DNA from: Gemmatimonadota bacterium
GTDB taxonomy: Bacteria > Latescibacterota > UBA2968 > UBA8231
NCBI GenBank assembly: GCA_038153405.1
Contig: JAYOYH010000020.1
Location: 15,469-79,468, forward strand
Length of the DNA stretch: 64,000 bases
Direction: 5' to 3'
The translations under genes and the position numbers were made by a program. The notes under the pieces are model-generated. The model was not told the origin of the DNA. It worked only from the letters and a program-made list of their open reading frames with translations, and made no database searches. Positions within the stretch are counted from its first letter, which is position 1. Every line of letters starts with the position of its first letter. This document shows positions 8,990-19,801 of the stretch, piece by piece.

Positions 8990-9047
8990 CTACAAACGGC
9001 CCCTCTGCCTGGTTGCCAGGCCTTTGTTTCTGCGAATACACCCATCA

Positions 9048-10493
9048 TTACCTCCGCCAAAAACTGGGCACAAAGAGCACCAACAAGGTGCCCAATTCCA
9101 ATCGCCCTAGCAGCATGCACAAAATCAGGAACGCCTTACCAGGCGAGGGTAAATGCGCATAGTTTTCAACGGGCCCAACTTCTGCCATCCCGGGGCCGAC
9201 ATTGGCCAAACAGGCGAGCACCGACGAAAACGACGTCAATAAATCCAGCCCGAGCGAGGCCATAAATAGGCTGCCAATCAGTGTAATGCCAATAAAACTG
9301 GCAAAAAAGATAAGGATGGAGCGCACCGTTTCCTCATCTACGACGCTGCCCCCGAGGCGGACAGCCGTGCGCACCTGCGGCCGAAATACGCGCACCAACT
9401 CCACATAGGCCACTTTGAGCAGCACCACGATGCGGGCAATCTTTATTCCACCCGCCGTCGAGCCAGCACACCCCCCGATAAACATGAGGCCGATCAGCAA
9501 CATTTTGGCGAGTGATGGATACTGCATATAATCGTCGGTGCCAAAACCAGTTCCCGTAAGAATGGCCAGAGTCTGAAAGCCGGCAAAGCGCAGCGCCGAC
9601 CCCACCCCCCCGTGTAAAGGGGTGATTACCAGTGTTATAATCGCAGTCACCCCGACGACAAGTCCGATGTAAAATCGCAGTTCGGCATTGCGAAAAACGG
9701 CTTTGGAGTGTCCCCGCATCAGCAGGTAATACAGGCTAAAGTTAATACCGGCTAGCAGCATAAACGCGCTGACGATAGCGTCGACAACAACGCTGTCGTA
9801 ATGGCCAATACTCTTATTAAAGAGCGAGAATCCGCCGGTGGCAATAGTCGACATGGCATGGCAAAGCGCCTCGAAGGGAGCCACGCCAACCGCAACGAGC
9901 AATGCCACCATAAGGCCTGTGAGTAGGAGGTAAATTTTCCAGAGCGCCAGGGCTGTTTCTTTTATCTTAGGGCGCAGCCCTTCCGTAATAGGCCCAGGCA
10001 CCTCCGAGCGAAACAACTGCTTTGCACCAACACCCAGTTGGGGGAAAATCGCGACAAAGAGCACGATGATGCCCATACCGCCGAGCCAGTGGGTTATCGT
10101 GCGCCATAGCAGCAATGACTTTGGTATGGCCTCGATGTCTTCCAACACGGTGGCACCGGTGGTAGTGAAGCCCGAGACGGCTTCAAAAAAGGCATCGACG
10201 AATAGATCAAAAACGCCTCCCCAATAGAACGGGATCGCCCCCAATAAACCCGTAAGCACCCAGCCCAACCCAACGACAGCTAGGGCATCGCGCCGATAGA
10301 CCGTTTCAATACTGGCCCGTCCCCACGCAAAGAGCAATCCCCCAAGGGCGACAGTGGTCCCCATTGATGCCCCCAAAGCAAGGACTGCTTCCTTTTCGTC
10401 GTAGTAGAAGGCCATCGGCAAACAGAAGCCCATCGTGCAGCCGAGAACGGCCAGTAATATACCCAGTAAACGGGCAATTACCCGGGCATTCAC
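9048..10493 (-). CDS. trkH: Trk potassium uptake membrane subunit
   Basis: SGFTTTGAT, WLGGMGII, ATGGFS, GGCAGSTAGGIK, LGRLE. Confidence 0.95.
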   Translation of the reverse strand: MNARVIARLLGILLAVLGCTMGFCLPMAFYYDEKEAVLALGASMGTTVALGGLLFAWGRASIETVYRRDALAVVGLGWVLTGLLGAIPFYWGGVFDLFVDAFFEAVSGFTTTGATVLEDIEAIPKSLLLWRTITHWLGGMGIIVLFVAIFPQLGVGAKQLFRSEVPGPITEGLRPKIKETALALWKIYLLLTGLMVALLVAVGVAPFEALCHAMSTIATGGFSLFNKSIGHYDSVVVDAIVSAFMLLAGINFSLYYLLMRGHSKAVFRNAELRFYIGLVVGVTAIITLVITPLHGGVGSALRFAGFQTLAILTGTGFGTDDYMQYPSLAKMLLIGLMFIGGCAGSTAGGIKIARIVVLLKVAYVELVRVFRPQVRTAVRLGGSVVDEETVRSILIFFASFIGITLIGSLFMASLGLDLLTSFSSVLACLANVGPGMAEVGPVENYAHLPSPGKAFLILCMLLGRLELGTLLVLFVPSFWRR

Positions 10494-10496
10494 CGT

Positions 10497-11867
10497 CTAG
10501 CCTCGCCCGAGTAGGGGCTTGCGGAACATGCGCTCAACCTGAGGTCGCACCTGGGGCGTGGTAAAGACGATTACGGTATTGCCGGGGCGAATGACATCGC
10601 TGCCGCTAGGCACATATACGCCGGATTCACCGGCCACTGCACCAATCATGGCACCGCGCGGAAAATTGGTATCGATCAGCGGCTTGTTAACGATGCGGCA
10701 ATCTTCAGCGGCGATCAATTCGAGTATTTCACCTCGCCCATCGGCCAACACCGCAGTAGAAGCAACTTCTCCTTCGCGCACGTACTTTACAATCTGCCGG
10801 GCGGCCAGCAGGCGCGGGCTTATCGCCGCATCAATACCCAGCTGTTCGTAAATGGGGCCATAATCGGGACGGTGTACAAGGGCGACGACTTTTTTGCACC
10901 CAAGGCGTTTGGCCAGCAGGCCAGCCATCAGGTTGGTCTCGTCATCTGGGCTAACGGCGATAAATACGTCGACATTACCGGCCCCCTCTTCTTCCAACAG
11001 GGGCAAATTGGTTCCATCGCCGTTGAGGATGGTTGTCCGGTGCAGCAACTCGGCCAGTTCGTCGGCCCGATCCGTGTCGCGTTCGATGAGCACTACGTCA
11101 ATTTGTAAGCGCTCGAGTTCGCGGGCGACGGAAAAGCCGATCTCCCCTCCGCCGACCAGCATGACCCGGTGGGCAGACCGCTGGCGCGTTTTGCCAAAAA
11201 TGCCCTCGACTTCATCCATGCTCTCACAGCGACCGATCACAAAGACTTCGTCGCCTACCTGAATGGAATCGGCTCCACTGGGAATGAGCAGGGCGCCATC
11301 GCGCAGGATGCCGGCAATGCCGATGCCCCGCCCCAGCAAAAACTCCTGTGATATGTCGAAGAGAGGGCGATTAATCAGTTTGTTGTCTTCACCAATGGCC
11401 AACTGCATGAGTTCAATGCGATTATCGGCAAAATTCTCGACCATAATCGCTCCCACGCTGCGCACTTGTTTGGTGATTTCTATAGCCGTGAGCATTTCTG
11501 GGCTGATCAATAGATCGACGCCGAAGTAGTTGTAAAAAACGCCCTGCTCATTGGGCATGTGCTCGCGATTGGAAACGCGCGCGATAACGCGGCGTGCACC
11601 GATCTGCTTGGCCATAATGGACGCGAGGATATTGCTTTCGTCTTCACTAGAGGTGGCAATGACCAGATCGGCCTGGGCCGCCCGGGTCTCCTCTAAGGCG
11701 CGCAGAGTGGCTCCGTTCCCCCGCCAGGCCAGCACATCCATGCCCTCCTCAACGGCCATCAGCGCATTGGGGTTGCGGTCTACTACCGTCACGTTATTGC
11801 CTTCGCCCACCAGCACGGAGGTGATGTATTTTCCGACTTCACCAAGTCCAATGACGACGATATCCAC
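10497..11867 (-). CDS. trkA: Trk potassium uptake NAD-binding subunit
   Basis: Two RCK repeats with GLGEVG and GGGEIG Rossmann motifs. Confidence 0.95.
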   Translation of the reverse strand: MDIVVIGLGEVGKYITSVLVGEGNNVTVVDRNPNALMAVEEGMDVLAWRGNGATLRALEETRAAQADLVIATSSEDESNILASIMAKQIGARRVIARVSNREHMPNEQGVFYNYFGVDLLISPEMLTAIEITKQVRSVGAIMVENFADNRIELMQLAIGEDNKLINRPLFDISQEFLLGRGIGIAGILRDGALLIPSGADSIQVGDEVFVIGRCESMDEVEGIFGKTRQRSAHRVMLVGGGEIGFSVARELERLQIDVVLIERDTDRADELAELLHRTTILNGDGTNLPLLEEEGAGNVDVFIAVSPDDETNLMAGLLAKRLGCKKVVALVHRPDYGPIYEQLGIDAAISPRLLAARQIVKYVREGEVASTAVLADGRGEILELIAAEDCRIVNKPLIDTNFPRGAMIGAVAGESGVYVPSGSDVIRPGNTVIVFTTPQVRPQVERMFRKPLLGRG

Positions 11868-11879
11868 GGCCGCTCTCCG

Positions 11880-12638
11880 CTATGAACGCAGCTGGGTTAG
11901 CACTTCTTGTGTTATTCTCTCTACAAGCCCTCGATGCTCAACCTGTGCCTCGTCGTTGGCCAGCGGCAGCTCCGTTCGCTCACAGGACGGACGGCCGACG
12001 ATCCCAAAGCGCTCGCGCAGGTCAATGAGCTCGTTTACGTGTTGGTCGGAAAGCGTCTTTACCGACCCCAGCTGGTGTGCGACTAAGGCGATTTTGGCAA
12101 AATGTTCAACCGTTTCCATTTTGAAATGCGCATCCATAACGTGCTGGCCCAGCGTAACGGCACCGTGATTGGCCATGAGTATCGCATCGTATTCGCGCAG
12201 CAGCGGCTTCATCGGTTCGACGATATCCGGTCCACCGGGCGTGCCATAGGCCGCCAGTGGAACCCCGCCCAGACTGACTATGACTTCCGGCAGCACACAC
12301 TGCGTTAATTCAATACCCGCCACGGCAAAACCTGTTGCAGTAGGCGGATGGGCATGCACGACAGACTGGATGTCGGGGCGCAGTTTGTAAATTTCCAAAT
12401 GCATGCGAATCTCGGAGGAAATGCGCATAGAACCCGCTATCTGATTGCCTTCCAAATCGCAAATGGCCAGCATATCCTCCGTTATAAACCCCTTGCTAAC
12501 CCCCGTCGGCGTGCACAGGATGCGATCGTCTTGTAGACGAGCACTGATATTGCCGTCATTGGCCGCTACGTAACCACGCTGATAGATGCGTCGTCCAACT
12601 TCACAGATCTCTCTGCGCAATGCGTAAGCCGAATTCAT
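11880..12638 (-). CDS. Class II aldolase (fuculose/rhamnulose-1-phosphate type) with a C-terminal extension
   Basis: GNISAR, TPTG, SSEIRMH, HAHP, ANHG zinc ligands; probable start MNSAY at 12638. Confidence 0.9.
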   Translation of the reverse strand: MNSAYALRREICEVGRRIYQRGYVAANDGNISARLQDDRILCTPTGVSKGFITEDMLAICDLEGNQIAGSMRISSEIRMHLEIYKLRPDIQSVVHAHPPTATGFAVAGIELTQCVLPEVIVSLGGVPLAAYGTPGGPDIVEPMKPLLREYDAILMANHGAVTLGQHVMDAHFKMETVEHFAKIALVAHQLGSVKTLSDQHVNELIDLRERFGIVGRPSCERTELPLANDEAQVEHRGLVERITQEVLTQLRS

Positions 12639-13546
12639 TAGACTTCCTTTCTCATTTTGCATACCCGCGCGCGCAGCGCGCTGCGGCCGACCAACAGCCA
12701 TCCAAACGCACCGGGGAGGGCCACGTTTAAACCGAACACGACCAGCGAGGCGTTAAAGGCCGGCAGTGGATCCAGCCCCCTATGGGCGAAAAGCCAGACG
12801 GCGATGCCCTCGCGAACCCCCAAATCGAAGAAGCTTACCGGCAGCACCGATTTGATGGCAAAGAGGGCCGGCCCCAACAGGGCAACTTCGCGCATGCCGG
12901 CATAATAACCCCATAAGAGTACGAAAAACTGACTTAAAAATATCACATTGAACAGCAAAGACCACATGCCCGATACGCCCCAAATAGAAAGCGGCACACT
13001 CTGCCAAAGCAACGCGACCTTTTCTGCGCTCTTCCAGCCCATTTTAGCGGCGAGTAAACGCCCTCCAAATATAGCAATGGCGGCGAGTACGAGAAGAAGC
13101 AGGCCACCTAGCAGCATTTCATACATAGCTAGCCATGCCAGCGCAGCGCAGCCCAAGATGAGGGTAATCACCATGGACAGTCCGCGATCGGCCATCGTCA
13201 ATAGGGCGATTCGGGTGGGATCGCCCGACAGGACGACTCCTCGTCCCAGCTCCCCTAAACGCCCAGGCGTGATCAATCCCAATCCCAACCCTGCCAGCAG
13301 AGAAAGGAGGGCCTGAGTGCGGCCGACGCCGGGCATCGCACAGGCCAGCAAGGCGCGCCACTTTTCTGCCTGGACCAACAAGCCGACAACTGAAAGCAGA
13401 GCGGCAGCGAGGAGGTATTCCCACCTGAGTCCCGCCGCCGCAGTGTATATTCGCTCGGGTTCAAGCCACCATACGAGTCCCGCCAGCAGGATGGCCGATA
13501 CCAGAATTTGCACCGCAATAAAGAGCCTATATACAGGAGATAACAA
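12638..13546 (-). CDS. Lysylphosphatidylglycerol-synthase TM / UPF0104 flippase-like membrane protein
   Basis: KWRALL, TPGRLGELGR, DR and LGVRE motifs, multiple TM helices; start uncertain (TTG at 13546 chosen). Confidence 0.8.
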   Translation of the reverse strand: MLSPVYRLFIAVQILVSAILLAGLVWWLEPERIYTAAAGLRWEYLLAAALLSVVGLLVQAEKWRALLACAMPGVGRTQALLSLLAGLGLGLITPGRLGELGRGVVLSGDPTRIALLTMADRGLSMVITLILGCAALAWLAMYEMLLGGLLLLVLAAIAIFGGRLLAAKMGWKSAEKVALLWQSVPLSIWGVSGMWSLLFNVIFLSQFFVLLWGYYAGMREVALLGPALFAIKSVLPVSFFDLGVREGIAVWLFAHRGLDPLPAFNASLVVFGLNVALPGAFGWLLVGRSALRARVCKMRKEV

Positions 13547-13569
13547 CAGGAGGCCCGACGTCTGCTCGC

Positions 13570-13857
13570 CTAGGCGAGCGATTTGCCCTGGATGGGCAGC
13601 AGTTCGAGTAGGCCCTCGTAGGGACGGGGAATCACGTGTGACGCCAAAACCTCGCCCACGCGTTCGGCGGCTTGGACGCCAACGGCAACGGCCGCCTGCA
13701 CCGAGGCAACATCGCCTCGCACAACGGCTGTTACCAGACCGCCGCCAACCGATTGCCAGCCGAGGTACTCCACTTGGGCCGCCTTGGTCATCGCATCGAC
13801 CGCTTCGATCATGGCGACCCAACCGCGCGTTTCTACAAATCCCAACGCTCCAACCAT
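13570..13857 (-). CDS. Bacterial microcompartment hexamer shell protein (BMC-H)
   Basis: ALGFVETRG...EAVDAMTKAA...VRGDVASV...SHVIPRP. Confidence 0.95.
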   Translation of the reverse strand: MVGALGFVETRGWVAMIEAVDAMTKAAQVEYLGWQSVGGGLVTAVVRGDVASVQAAVAVGVQAAERVGEVLASHVIPRPYEGLLELLPIQGKSLA

Positions 13858-13915
13858 TTAAAGCCCTCGACGTCTATTAAAATTGCAGGGTAGGCAACCC
13901 TACACTAGCCGGTGG

Positions 13916-13944
13916 AAAATAGGTTGGACCAACTTCTCCGTCAA
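13916..13944 (-). promoter_or_regulatory. Sigma-70 promoter upstream of BMC-H, with a palindrome in the spacer
   Basis: TTGACG-17 bp-TATTTT; GTTGG-A-CCAAC inverted repeat at 13923-13933. Confidence 0.55.
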
Positions 13945-13975
13945 GCACATACAGGCGCCGGTTCGCCTCGTTCAA

Positions 13976-15067
13976 TTACCCTTTAAAAAGGAATTGAATT
14001 ACATCGCCGTCGCACACTTCATAGTCTTTGCCCTCAACTCTAAGCAACCCCTCATCGCGCAGTTTTGCCATACTCCCCGCGGCTACAAGCGCGCTGTAAT
14101 GGGCGACTTCGGCCCGTATAAATCCGGACTCCATATCGCTGTGAATGCGGCCGGCCGCCTGCGGTGCACGCATGCCGCGGGGCAGCTGCCAGGCCTGTAG
14201 TTTTTCGTTGGCCAGCGTATAGAACGTCACCAAATTGAGCAGGCCATAGCCGGCTCGAATCAGACGCTCAACGCCGTCGCTGAGCGCCCCCATTTCCTCG
14301 GCAAAGGCCAGGCGATCTTCTGCCTCGAGCTCGACCAGCTCGGCTTCGAGGCGGGCCGCCACCGCAACGACGCGCTCCGCTCCGCCATGGTCGCGAACCT
14401 GAGCGAGGCGACGGTTCGCCCATTCATCAGTGGATTCGTTCATATTGGCGACATAAAGCATCGGCTTTAACGTGAGCAATTGGATGCCTTTTAACGCTTC
14501 GCGCTCTTCCCGCGTCAGTTCGAGTTGGCGCACAGGTCTGCCCTGGTCCACGGCGTCAAACGCCCTCTCCACGGTGGCCAGTTCGAGCTTTTGCGTTGAG
14601 CGTGGATTGGACCGCACGACTTTGCCAAGGTGAGTGCGTGCACTATCCAGCGCCTTTAAATCCGCCAATAAGAGTTCCGTCTCGAGCGTTTCGATATCGC
14701 GTAGGGGGTCTAATTCTCCATCGACGTGTGCCACCTCCCCATCTTCAAAACAGCGCACGACCTGTACTAATGCATCGGCTTGGCGTATGTGCTCGAGAAA
14801 TTGGTTGCCTAATCCCTCCCCGCGATGAGCCCCCTTCACCAATCCGGCGATGTCGACAAAGCGCATGGAAGCGCCTACGCAACTGCGCGGGTTGACCAAT
14901 GCCCGTATGCCCTCTAAGCGCTCGTCTATCACATCGACAACCCCAATGTTGGGGTCGACAGTGCAGAAGGCGTAATTGGCCGCTTCGGCATGCCCATGCG
15001 TCAACGCATTGAAGAGCGTCGATTTTCCCACATTGGGCAGTCCAATTAATCCGATATCTAATGGCAT
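13976..15067 (-). CDS. ychF: Redox-regulated ribosome-binding ATPase YchF
   Basis: [38 protein letters not shown]. Confidence 0.96.
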   Translation of the reverse strand: MPLDIGLIGLPNVGKSTLFNALTHGHAEAANYAFCTVDPNIGVVDVIDERLEGIRALVNPRSCVGASMRFVDIAGLVKGAHRGEGLGNQFLEHIRQADALVQVVRCFEDGEVAHVDGELDPLRDIETLETELLLADLKALDSARTHLGKVVRSNPRSTQKLELATVERAFDAVDQGRPVRQLELTREEREALKGIQLLTLKPMLYVANMNESTDEWANRRLAQVRDHGGAERVVAVAARLEAELVELEAEDRLAFAEEMGALSDGVERLIRAGYGLLNLVTFYTLANEKLQAWQLPRGMRAPQAAGRIHSDMESGFIRAEVAHYSALVAAGSMAKLRDEGLLRVEGKDYEVCDGDVIQFLFKG

Positions 15068-15087
15068 ATTTCTTACTTTACATAATT

Positions 15088-16803
15088 TTAATTATGTGAA
15101 TTATCTGCCTGCGGTAGCAACTTCGGTTCGACGACAATCGTCTTCTCTCTCTTCATAATGGCCTGTCCGGGCGCTCCGCCGCGCGGCTTGCTCACGTATT
15201 TTGCCAGCGTATAAACGACGGGAACTTTCTTGGCCGATTTCCCCTTGCTCCAAAAGGCGGCAACTGCAGCCGCTTCTTCCAGCGCCTGCTTGCTCGGTTC
15301 CTCTTTGCGCCCATCCCGCTGCAGCACCACGTGAGACCCGGGATAACCGTGCGCGTGAAACCAGAAGTCATTTTGCGCAGCCATTCGATGCGTCAATACA
15401 TCGTTTTCCTTGTTGTTGCGCCCCGCCATAACGCGCCAGCCGTCACTGGTAATATATTGGCGCGGATGGGCTAATGCGCCTCCCGAAGACAGTCTCTTCG
15501 CTTGTTCGGCCCCCTTGCCTCTTTCCATTAGATACCCTTTTTCGGCCAACCAACTCTCGGTTTCCTGCGGTTCAACTTTTTCCCGTTCAAATAGTTCTCT
15601 CTGGGAATCCAACTCGCTTAAGCCGGCTACTTGCTGGCGTATGCGCTCGGGAATGAGCTGTAGCCGCCTCTGGTATTTTTGCGCGCGCTTTAGTAAGTCG
15701 GCCGCATTCTGTGCAGCAGAGACAGATGGATTGAGTTCAATTAGACAGCGGCCCTCACCCGATGGATCAAAGACGTCGACTAATTCAACCCGCTCTGCCC
15801 CAGCAGGCACCGAGGCCAGTTGCGCCAGCAGAATATGTCCCCACCGCTCCAACTCGGCCCCGTCGCTAGCTTCGTCGAGGTCTGCTTGTAGGGCGGCCAG
15901 TTTTCGCCGCCCGTTCTTTTGAGCACGGCGCAGAGCTTGGCCAATGCGCTCCCGGTGCTGCACTTCTTGCTCTTGGCGGCGGTTGGATTGCACCGCATGC
16001 GCTGATACCGCACTAATCGCCCCCCTTTGAACTTGCCCATTGCCATCGAGCCGGCGCGGTGCTAAGGCTGAAAAATGCCATCGGTTTCCCGCGGTATAAG
16101 CATATCCTTCTGCCGTTCGCGCTTCTTCAAAAAAGCCGGTCGCCACTTCCCACAGGGCATGGAGGGAGGCCGTATCGGCTACTGTATTCGGATCGATTGT
16201 GGCGCGATAAAAGAGTTCGGCTAACTGCTGGCGGTCGGAACCGACCAATAACCGACGGCAAACCCCCTCCAATTGGAGGTCTTCCTGAGCCATGGCCGCG
16301 TCGATAAACTCATCCAAGCTATCGGCGCCGGGCAGAAAGCGCCGACCACCCGTCGGTGCACTGTACGGCTGGCCTGGACGCAGGCGTTTTTCTCCCCCCC
16401 AGACGCCCAATACCTGGCCCGTGCGCTCGCTGAGCAGAGCAGCCGTCAAGTGGTTGTTGAGCATTTCAAAAAGCAGCGTGCCCCGCGAGGTCTCCCCACG
16501 GCTGTTTACTCGCTCTAGCACCAAGCGCACCACGCGATCGCGATCGCCCGCAACGGCCCCTAAAATCCGCGCCCCGCGCAGATAGCGCTCAGGGCCCTCT
16601 CCATGCCCTCCTTCACTTTGGCGCTGGCGACCTTCCAGCAGTCTCAACGTGCCCTCGCGCCTGCATTCGGCCAACAGCCCACGGGCGGCGCATTCCACAT
16701 AGAGCACCGTCCCTCGCGTATTGGCTGCAGCGATTAGCTGACCAGCTAGGGCGGCATCCAATTCGGTCGAAAGGGCGCAAACAGTGTAGTAGTCGTATGC
16801 CAT
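15088..16803 (-). CDS. rqcH: Ribosome quality control protein RqcH (NFACT/FbpA family)
   Basis: NFACT-N DR motif, coiled coil, NFACT-R GRNNKEND...WFHAHGYPGSHV. Confidence 0.85.
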   Translation of the reverse strand: MAYDYYTVCALSTELDAALAGQLIAAANTRGTVLYVECAARGLLAECRREGTLRLLEGRQRQSEGGHGEGPERYLRGARILGAVAGDRDRVVRLVLERVNSRGETSRGTLLFEMLNNHLTAALLSERTGQVLGVWGGEKRLRPGQPYSAPTGGRRFLPGADSLDEFIDAAMAQEDLQLEGVCRRLLVGSDRQQLAELFYRATIDPNTVADTASLHALWEVATGFFEEARTAEGYAYTAGNRWHFSALAPRRLDGNGQVQRGAISAVSAHAVQSNRRQEQEVQHRERIGQALRRAQKNGRRKLAALQADLDEASDGAELERWGHILLAQLASVPAGAERVELVDVFDPSGEGRCLIELNPSVSAAQNAADLLKRAQKYQRRLQLIPERIRQQVAGLSELDSQRELFEREKVEPQETESWLAEKGYLMERGKGAEQAKRLSSGGALAHPRQYITSDGWRVMAGRNNKENDVLTHRMAAQNDFWFHAHGYPGSHVVLQRDGRKEEPSKQALEEAAAVAAFWSKGKSAKKVPVVYTLAKYVSKPRGGAPGQAIMKREKTIVVEPKLLPQADNSHN

Positions 16804-16891
16804 TTCCTATCGAGGGCTTTCCCAAGCACACACAGCGAAGGGCGAAGAGCACAATGCCCCTCGCCCCTATATTACCAACGGCATCGCTCTC

Positions 16892-19657
16892 TTAGGCAAT
16901 GCGCTGCAAACTATCGCGCAGGCTCTGCAAATTATCGCTGTACTCGACCAACCGCAGACGCTCTTTCTCAACGACTTCGGCCGGTGCATTGGCGACGAAT
17001 TGTTCGTTGCCCAGCTTGCCGTTCAACCCGCTTATCAGTTTTTCAAACTTGGCGATTTCTTTCTGTAGGCGAGCGCGCTCAATATCGAGATCAATTATGC
17101 CCTCGAGAGGCACGTAAATCTCTATGTTTCCCACGACGGCGCTGCCCGAAGCGGCAGGAGGCTCGACCTCTATCCCAACCGATATCGCACTCGCCCGCAC
17201 CATGGGCGAAATAAAGGGAACCATCCGCTCCATATCGGCAGTCACATCGGCGTTGGGCACGGAAATAAGCACGGTGATTCGCGTAGAAGGCGGCACGTTC
17301 ATTTCAGAGCGGATCGTGCGCACCGCCGTGACCACCTCCTGCACGCGCGCCATATCCCGCTCAGCCTCCTCGTCTATATCGTCCTCGATGAGGCGCGGCC
17401 ATTCGGCCACGACGATGCTCTCGGGAGCGCGTTCGGGCTTGGGCAATGCCTGCCAGAGCGACTCCGTCATAAAAGGCATCACCGGATGCATCAAGCGCAG
17501 TGCCGTTTCGAGGATTTGCACCAAATTGGCCTGCACGGGTAAGCGCTCTTGCGCGCGCTCGTCCTGCAATCGCCCTTTGGCCAGCTCGAGATACCAGTCG
17601 CAGTAATCGCGCCACAAGAAGTCGTACAGGGTGCGGATCACATCGCTAAAGCGATAGGCGTGCAGTCGTTCGTCCATTTCGGCAATCGTGCGCGACAGGC
17701 GGCTCCAAATCCAGCGATCGGGCAGCAACTCGGCGCCGCGCACCGCGTGTTCCGGCGCGTAGCCTTGCAAGTTCATCAGCACAAAGCGCGCGGCGTTCCA
17801 CACCTTATTGCCAAAGTTACGCCCCATCTCGGCACTGGCCGACGACGTAACGACATTGTTTTCGATTTCGGCGTCAAAGCGAACATCCTGCACCGCCCCA
17901 GCCTGTGCCAAAAGGCAAAAGCGCGTAGCATCTGCGCCATATAATTCGACCAAGTCGAGCGGGTTGAGACCCGTTCCCAAACTCTTGCTCATGCGACGGC
18001 CATCTTTTGTCAGAATCGTCGGGTGAACGAGCACAGTTCGAAACGGGATTTGACCGCGGCATTCGACCGATGTCATCACCATGCGCAACACCCAAAGATA
18101 GAGAATGTCGCGAGCCGTAATCATCAGATCCGTCGGATAGAAGTAATCGAGCTCGGCCTCTTCGCGCGGCCAGCCCAATGTGGCAAATGGCCACAGGGCG
18201 GAAGAAAACCACGTATCCAACACATCGGGATCTTGCACCCAATCCGCCCTGCCACAGTCTGGGCACCGATCGGGCTGGCAAACGCTGACGTGCGGCTTGG
18301 CTCCATCGGCCACCGATACGCGAAAGCTGCCCTCGGCAAAAGCCTTTTCGGCATCGAGCCCACCCATGGGAATTAGACCGTCGCTACTGCAGTGCAAACA
18401 GTACCAAGCGGGTATGCGGTGGCCCCACCAGATTTGACGCGAAAGCGCCCAGTCGCGGATATTGTCCAACCACTCGACGGCGTAGCCGCGAAAGCGCTCT
18501 GGAACGTAGTTGACCTGTTCACTCGTCAGCACGGGCTTGGTCTTCTGCGCTAGCTCCTCCATATTCATGAACCACTGCTCCATGGGCAGCGGTTCAATCA
18601 CCGTCCCGCACTTGTCGTGATGGGGCACCGCGTGCAGATGGTCGACCGTATTGACCAGCAGGCCGACCTCCTCGAGTTCGGCGACAAGCTGCCTGCGACA
18701 GGCATAGCGCTCCAACCCGGCATAGCGGCCAGCTTCTTCCGTCATCACACCGTCAAAGCCAATTACTTGTATATGCGCCAAACCGTGGCGCTCGCCGATG
18801 GCATAGTCGTTGGGATCGTGGCAGGGCGTCACCTTGACGGCACCGCTCCCCATTTCGGGATCGGCGTATTCATCGGCGACAATGACAATGGAACGCTCGG
18901 CCAGCGGCAACAAAACTTGACGACCAACGGCCCCGCTCCAGCGCCCATCGCCCGGGTGCACGGCTACGGCGGTATCGCCCAACATGGTTTCTGGGCGAGT
19001 TGTGGCCACGACGACATCGGGACCGCCGTCCAAACCGGGATAGCGGATGTGCCATAGCGATCCGTTAAGCTCGCGCTCTTCGGTCTCCAGATCGGATATG
19101 ACGGTTCGACATTCGGGGCACCAGTTAATCATGCGCCGTCCGCGGTAAATCCAACCGCGCTCCTGAAAGCGCTCAAACGCCTGCAGCACGGCCTCCGCGT
19201 ACGCATCGTCGAGGGTGAAGCGCGCGCGCCGCCAATCGTAGCTCGAGCCTAGCTTGCGCAGCTGGTGGTAAATGGCATCGCCGTATTTATCGCGCCAGGC
19301 GCGTATGCGCTCGAGCAGGGCCTCGCGGCCAATGTCGTAGCGACTCAATCCCTCTTCCGCAGCTAGCTGCTGTTCCACCTTCATCTGGGTGGCAATACCG
19401 GCGTGATCCGTACCGGGTAAACAGAGCGTTTCATAGCCCTGCATGCGCTTCCAGCGAACCACCATATCGTGGATGGCGTGTTGGATCGCGTGCCCCATGT
19501 GCAGTTCTCCCGTCACATTGGGAGGCGGTATGGTAATGCAATAGGCCGGCTTGTCAGAGCGTGGATCCGCGTTAAAAAATCCGCGCTCCTCCCAGTGGGC
19601 ATACCACCTTTCTTCCGCGCTTTTGGGGTCGTAGGTCTTCTCTAGTTCTGGCACCAT
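16892..19657 (-). CDS. valS: Valine--tRNA ligase
   Basis: PPPNVTGELHMGH, DWALSRQIWWGH, RMSKS, C-terminal coiled coil. Confidence 0.98.
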   Translation of the reverse strand: MVPELEKTYDPKSAEERWYAHWEERGFFNADPRSDKPAYCITIPPPNVTGELHMGHAIQHAIHDMVVRWKRMQGYETLCLPGTDHAGIATQMKVEQQLAAEEGLSRYDIGREALLERIRAWRDKYGDAIYHQLRKLGSSYDWRRARFTLDDAYAEAVLQAFERFQERGWIYRGRRMINWCPECRTVISDLETEERELNGSLWHIRYPGLDGGPDVVVATTRPETMLGDTAVAVHPGDGRWSGAVGRQVLLPLAERSIVIVADEYADPEMGSGAVKVTPCHDPNDYAIGERHGLAHIQVIGFDGVMTEEAGRYAGLERYACRRQLVAELEEVGLLVNTVDHLHAVPHHDKCGTVIEPLPMEQWFMNMEELAQKTKPVLTSEQVNYVPERFRGYAVEWLDNIRDWALSRQIWWGHRIPAWYCLHCSSDGLIPMGGLDAEKAFAEGSFRVSVADGAKPHVSVCQPDRCPDCGRADWVQDPDVLDTWFSSALWPFATLGWPREEAELDYFYPTDLMITARDILYLWVLRMVMTSVECRGQIPFRTVLVHPTILTKDGRRMSKSLGTGLNPLDLVELYGADATRFCLLAQAGAVQDVRFDAEIENNVVTSSASAEMGRNFGNKVWNAARFVLMNLQGYAPEHAVRGAELLPDRWIWSRLSRTIAEMDERLHAYRFSDVIRTLYDFLWRDYCDWYLELAKGRLQDERAQERLPVQANLVQILETALRLMHPVMPFMTESLWQALPKPERAPESIVVAEWPRLIEDDIDEEAERDMARVQEVVTAVRTIRSEMNVPPSTRITVLISVPNADVTADMERMVPFISPMVRASAISVGIEVEPPAASGSAVVGNIEIYVPLEGIIDLDIERARLQKEIAKFEKLISGLNGKLGNEQFVANAPAEVVEKERLRLVEYSDNLQSLRDSLQRIA

Positions 19658-19801
19658 GTCATCTGCTGTTATTTTATGTTTTAAATATACTTATCATCCC
19701 AATATAGGGGGTAAACTCCCGGTTGACAACGCCGTCCTCCACACAGTGGTCTCCATATTGCTATACCTATGATGTAAACCAAACGCTCCAGGAGAAAACG
19801 C

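Noticed and set aside
13547..13822. N-terminal extension of the 394-aa ORF
   Set aside because: Overlaps the BMC-H gene in another frame; an artefact of longest-ORF calling
19723..19760. TTGACA as the promoter of the 43-aa ORF
   Set aside because: No acceptable -10 hexamer at 16-18 bp spacing
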